Shown here: positions 34,205 to 37,546 of the stretch, one piece after another
Layout: the number at the start of each line of letters is the position of its first letter
Position numbering within the stretch: position 1 is the first letter of the stretch
Assembly: GCA_039961895.1 (NCBI GenBank)
Contig: JABRVU010000355.1
Location: 1 to 37,546 of the forward strand
From: Phycisphaerae bacterium
Lineage (GTDB): Bacteria; Planctomycetota; Phycisphaerae; UBA1845; PWPN01
Direction: 5' to 3'
DNA length: 37,546 nt
Notes under the pieces: generated by a model
Databases searched by the model: none
What the model saw: only the letters and a program-made list of their open reading frames with translations
Told to the model about the DNA's origin: nothing
Program-made: the position numbers and the translations under genes

Positions 34205-35377
34205 ATGACCCGCATGTTTCAGACGATCGTACACGTGGACCCGTGGGACCTGGTCGATGAAGGCATCGACGCGGTGCTGGATCGGCTGGCCGGCGAGGCC
34301 GGCGCGACCGGCATCAGCGTAACGCTGTCCGCTCCGGCGGCTGCGTACCTCCGGCCGCATCAGGGCGTCCATCCGCGAACGTTCCGCTCCGAGGGCGGCC
34401 TTCAATTCCAGCCGGCCAAGGACGCCTATGCCGCCACGCGTCTTCGCCCGCTGACCGCCGAATGGCTCAAGAAGTCCAATCCGCTGATCGAGGTCGCGCA
34501 GGCCTGTCAAGACCGCGGGCTGACGCTGCGCGGGCGGATCGTCTGTTGTCAGAGCGACCTGCTGGCGCCCCGGTTCGACTTTGCGGCGGCGAAGGATGTA
34601 TTCGGCGACAGGCATCCGGGTTGGCTGTGCCCGGCGAATCCGGATGTCCGGGCCTTCCTGCGGGCCCTGGTCGCGGACCTGGCCGCCAACCTGCCGACCG
34701 AGTCCCTCGAGCTGGTGGCGGCCGGCTTTCCGCCGCCGGCGGACTGGAACGCGCATCGTGACGCCGGTTTCGACGCCGGCCCGGCCGGACAGTGGCTGTT
34801 GAGCCTGTGTTTCTGCGAATCATGCCGGCAGGCCGCCGCGGACGTCGTCGATGTCGCCGCCGCGGCCCGGTCGGCGACGGTGATCCTCGAACCGGCCCTC
34901 AAGACCGGCGAGCCGGTCGCGCCGTCGGTCGCCGACCTGCTGGCCGACGACCCGATTCTGCGGGCCTTCGCCGAATGGCGTGCCGAGCAGGTGATGAAGC
35001 TGATCGGGTTGATGAAGAACGCGTGCGGATGCCGCCTGCTGTTGAACGTCGGTCCTGATGCCTGGACGCCCGACGCCGACCTGGCCGCCGTCGCGGGGCG
35101 CTGTGACGCCCTGGTGGCGTCGGCCGCGACGGAAGAGGCCGTTGAACCCGCGATTCGACAGGCACGGACGGCGGCCGGCGCTGACGGGCGGGTTGAAATC
35201 AGCATCGAGGGCGGCTCGCCGGGTTACACCGAATCAGCGTCCCTGGTCCGCTCGTTTTCGACGGCCTTGCGCATGGGCCTGCGCTGCGCCGTCGTCGGGA
35301 GCTACGGGCGGATGCCCCTGGCCCGCCTGGAATGGATCAAACAGGCCGCACGCTACGCCCTGCGCGAGTCGCAATGA
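34205..35377 (+). CDS. Hypothetical protein, probable TIM barrel (GH-like) with Cys motifs
   Basis: PWDLVDEGIDAVLDRL, LCPANPDVRAF, LSLCFCESC, SYGRMP. Start uncertain (34142, 34205 or 34214). Confidence 0.7.
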   Translation: MTRMFQTIVHVDPWDLVDEGIDAVLDRLAGEAGATGISVTLSAPAAAYLRPHQGVHPRTFRSEGGLQFQPAKDAYAATRLRPLTAEWLKKSNPLIEVAQACQDRGLTLRGRIVCCQSDLLAPRFDFAAAKDVFGDRHPGWLCPANPDVRAFLRALVADLAANLPTESLELVAAGFPPPADWNAHRDAGFDAGPAGQWLLSLCFCESCRQAAADVVDVAAAARSATVILEPALKTGEPVAPSVADLLADDPILRAFAEWRAEQVMKLIGLMKNACGCRLLLNVGPDAWTPDADLAAVAGRCDALVASAATEEAVEPAIRQARTAAGADGRVEISIEGGSPGYTESASLVRSFSTALRMGLRCAVVGSYGRMPLARLEWIKQAARYALRESQ

Positions 35378-35457
35378 CCAAGGCATCAAGAGACCCTCCC
35401 CTGACGCTCACCGCCGACCGGCGGAAAGCCGGTTGCACGCGGGTTGGGGGATGGGCC

Positions 35458-35739
35458 CTACCGCCCTGACGACAGCGGGACGCCCGTGGGCTCGTGCCAG
35501 CGCCGCCCGTGGGTCTCGTGGTGTCGCCGGATCAGTTGCCGGACGTAGGCATCGAGCTGCTGCGCGGTGAGCCGGCGCAGCTCCGATTCGCCGAGCGGTC
35601 CGTCGGCCAGCAGTTTCGTGAGCGCCCGGCGGGCCTGGTCCGGGTCGGGGTACATCGCCCGCAGCCGGGGTTGATCGAGGTAATAGTCAGGCAATGTTTC
35701 CATCCGCCCGCCGCGCAGCACCCAGTTGAACCACTGCAT
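35458..35739 (-). CDS. 93-aa hypothetical protein downstream of SAM-I riboswitch 2
   Basis: GGAGAGG-TGAC-ATG RBS; mostly G/C third codon positions; no motif recognised. Confidence 0.65.
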   Translation of the reverse strand: MQWFNWVLRGGRMETLPDYYLDQPRLRAMYPDPDQARRALTKLLADGPLGESELRRLTAQQLDAYVRQLIRRHHETHGRRWHEPTGVPLSSGR

Positions 35740-35865
35740 GTCACCTCTCCTGGCGGGCGAGCCACGGGCGTCCCTCTCCGGGCCGTGGCGCGCCGAACCT
35801 TGACCGCGAAGGACGCGGAACAGGCCGGGCCCACGCCCGCCGGAAGACCTGGTTACCGAATCTGG

Positions 35866-35892
35866 AAACGAAAAACCCCTCGATCAGAGGGG
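35866..35892 (-). terminator. Intrinsic terminator (expression platform of riboswitch 2)
   Basis: Minus strand CCCCTC-TGATC-GAGGGG-TTTTTCGTTT. Confidence 0.85.
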
Positions 35893-35918
35893 CCGCACGC
35901 CTTTGGTTGCTCCAGCGT

Positions 35919-36025
35919 GAGCCGCATCGTTCCCGCCGTCGGGACGGCTTTGGCACCTTGGCAGACGCCGCCAGGTTGCCGGGCGCTTCAAACGGGCCAG
36001 GACCCTAACGCCACTCGTGATGCTC
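35919..36025 (-). ncRNA. SAM-I riboswitch aptamer, variant
   Basis: Minus strand GAGCATCACGAGTGGCGTTAGGGTCCTGGCCCGTTTGAAGCGCCCGGCAACCTGGCGGCGTCTGCCAAGGTGCCAAAGCCGTCCCGACGGCGGGAACGATGCGGCTC: P1 GCATC/GATGC, P2 GGG-loop-CCC, P3 GCAACC/GGTGC, P4 TCCCG/CGGGA. Confidence 0.85.
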
Positions 36026-36079
36026 GCCATGTCATCGACCGCCGGCCCGTCCACGGACCGACCGGCGTCGATGCCCATC

Positions 36080-36108
36080 TGAATACCACATCCTCCTGCG
36101 GAAGTCAA
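36080..36108 (-). promoter_or_regulatory. Putative sigma70 promoter for riboswitch 2
   Basis: Minus strand TTGACT-N17-TATTCA with a TG extended -10. Confidence 0.5.
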
Positions 36109-36183
36109 GACCCCTGGAGGCCGGAAAACGTCCGGCGGAGCGAGAACGGCTTCCCGGCGGCGGGTGGAGCCTGGCGGGATGCG

Positions 36184-37473
36184 TCAGGCGCTGGCCAGGG
36201 GCCGCAGTTCGCGGTTCTGGCCGTCGAAGGTGACTTTCCGCCCGGTCTTGATGGTCAGGTCGCCCAGCACCACCGCGACGCCCTGCTTGTAGCCGGCGTC
36301 CATGTCCGCGTTGGGCCTCCGGCCCGCGCGGATGCATTCGAGCCAGTTGGCGGCGTGTTCGCCGCCGGGGTAGGGCGGGTCGGCGTCCAGCAGCTTGCGC
36401 GGCTTGATCGCGTCCCCGACTCCCTCGCTGGAGATCACCGGGTTGCCCAGGTCGTGGCCGAACCTGGTCCGGATGGTGCCCTTCTCGAACATGAACACCA
36501 TCGTCTCGTTGTCGATGGTGTTGCCGAAGTGGCTGGTGAACTGGGCGTGGAAGCCCTCGGCGTACTCGAGGACCACGACCAGGTTGTCGGGGGCGGTGCA
36601 GCGCTTGTCGTTGTTGGGGGCGTATTTTCCGCCCCAGCCGGCGGCGGCCACGGGGGCGCCGCAGCCGGTGACATAGTGGACGGCGTTGATGTAGTGCGAC
36701 ATCCACCCGCCCACGGCCCCGCTGGTGAACTCCCAGAAGCCGAACCACTTGGCGGCCATGAAGGCGTCAAAGGGCCGCTCCTTGCGGTTGAACAGGAAGG
36801 CCTTCCAGTTGGTGTCGGCCTCGCTCTTGGGCCCGTCCATGCCCATCCAGTAGGGCGCGTGCCAGGACTCGCTGCCTTCCACGCGGAAGAGCCGGCCCAG
36901 CGTGCCGTCGGCGATGACCTGGCGGACGGCCCGGGCCCCCGGCGAGCTGACGCCCTGCGTGCCGTGCTGGACGACCATCTTCGAGGCCTTGGCCACGTCG
37001 TAGAGCCGGTTGAGATGCACGAGGTCTTCGGCCACGCCCACGATGGGCTTCTCGACGTACACGTGCTTGCCGGCGTGGATGGCGTCGGCGGCCATGATCG
37101 CGTGCTGGTGGTCGGGCGTGGCGATGACCACCGCGTCCACGTCGGCGTCGTCCAGGACCTTGCGATAGTCCTCGAAGGCCCGGGGCCGCTGCCCGAAGTG
37201 TTTCTCGGCCTCGGCCGGATAGCCCTCGCGGCGCTGCTTCCAGATGTCGCAGTTGCAGACCAGGGCGGTGTTGTGGGCCGGAGGCTTGATCATCTCGCGC
37301 AGGATGTAGGGCCCGCGCCCGCCGCAGCCGATCAGGCCGAGGTTGATGCGGTCATTGGCCCCGATGACGCGGGCGTAGGAGGCGGCGGTCAGGTGCGTGG
37401 CCGCCCAACCGGCGGCGCCGGTCAGCAGCCCCTGGCTCAGAAAAGTCCTGCGGGTGGCGGATCGTGGTGACAT
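36184..37473 (-). CDS. Tat-exported Gfo/Idh/MocA-family oxidoreductase
   Basis: TRRTFL; GANDRINLGLIGCGGRG; IATPDHQH; GKHVYVEKP; GAGGAG RBS. Confidence 0.92.
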   Translation of the reverse strand: MSPRSATRRTFLSQGLLTGAAGWAATHLTAASYARVIGANDRINLGLIGCGGRGPYILREMIKPPAHNTALVCNCDIWKQRREGYPAEAEKHFGQRPRAFEDYRKVLDDADVDAVVIATPDHQHAIMAADAIHAGKHVYVEKPIVGVAEDLVHLNRLYDVAKASKMVVQHGTQGVSSPGARAVRQVIADGTLGRLFRVEGSESWHAPYWMGMDGPKSEADTNWKAFLFNRKERPFDAFMAAKWFGFWEFTSGAVGGWMSHYINAVHYVTGCGAPVAAAGWGGKYAPNNDKRCTAPDNLVVVLEYAEGFHAQFTSHFGNTIDNETMVFMFEKGTIRTRFGHDLGNPVISSEGVGDAIKPRKLLDADPPYPGGEHAANWLECIRAGRRPNADMDAGYKQGVAVVLGDLTIKTGRKVTFDGQNRELRPLASA

Positions 37474-37546
37474 GGTTGTGCTCCTCGCAAGTGGCTACGT
37501 CAAGTCTTCACCGCACGGGGCGGACGCGAAGTCCGCAAGTCGGCAT

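Noticed and set aside
22129-37470. Long overlapping or antisense ORFs (e.g. 22129-24192 -, 27984-30113 -, 35494-37470 +)
   Set aside because: Shadow frames typical of high-GC DNA; they overlap motif-supported genes and have no recognisable motifs.
1-37546. CRISPR array, tRNA/rRNA, integrase/transposase, prophage
   Set aside because: No regularly spaced repeats, cloverleaf or rRNA signatures, or mobile-element proteins were recognised by eye.

Overview
GC-rich bacterial chromosomal window, most consistent with Planctomycetota (probably Phycisphaerae). That assignment is inferred from a Cys-flanked dockerin-like C-terminal domain, several Tat-exported enzymes, a sulfatase and an FHA-GAF histidine kinase. 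In order, it holds: the end of a nuo operon (nuoL partial, nuoM, nuoN); a TSP3/dockerin-like secreted protein; a UbiA-family prenyltransferase; an FHA-GAF-kinase; a GT4; rsmE-tsaD-tatC-surE on the minus strand; a SAM-I riboswitch-led sulfur-carrier gene cluster (ThrC-like PLP enzyme, MoaD/ThiS carrier ending GG, tandem-NIL protein, membrane protein, MoeB/ThiF, cysteine desulfurase); and a block of secreted or carbohydrate-active enzymes. Best leads: (1) the SAM-I-led cluster looks like a protein-thiocarboxylate route to homocysteine/methionine with a stand-alone double-NIL protein and no JAMM peptidase in view; (2) a second, sequence-variant SAM-I riboswitch (minus strand, ~35919-36025), with its own promoter and terminator, precedes a 93-aa protein I cannot assign to a family; (3) a ~67-bp REP-containing element occurs three times, one copy supplying the rsmE stop codon. 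All calls were made by eye from motifs and no searches were run. No rRNA, tRNA, CRISPR array or intact transposase was seen.
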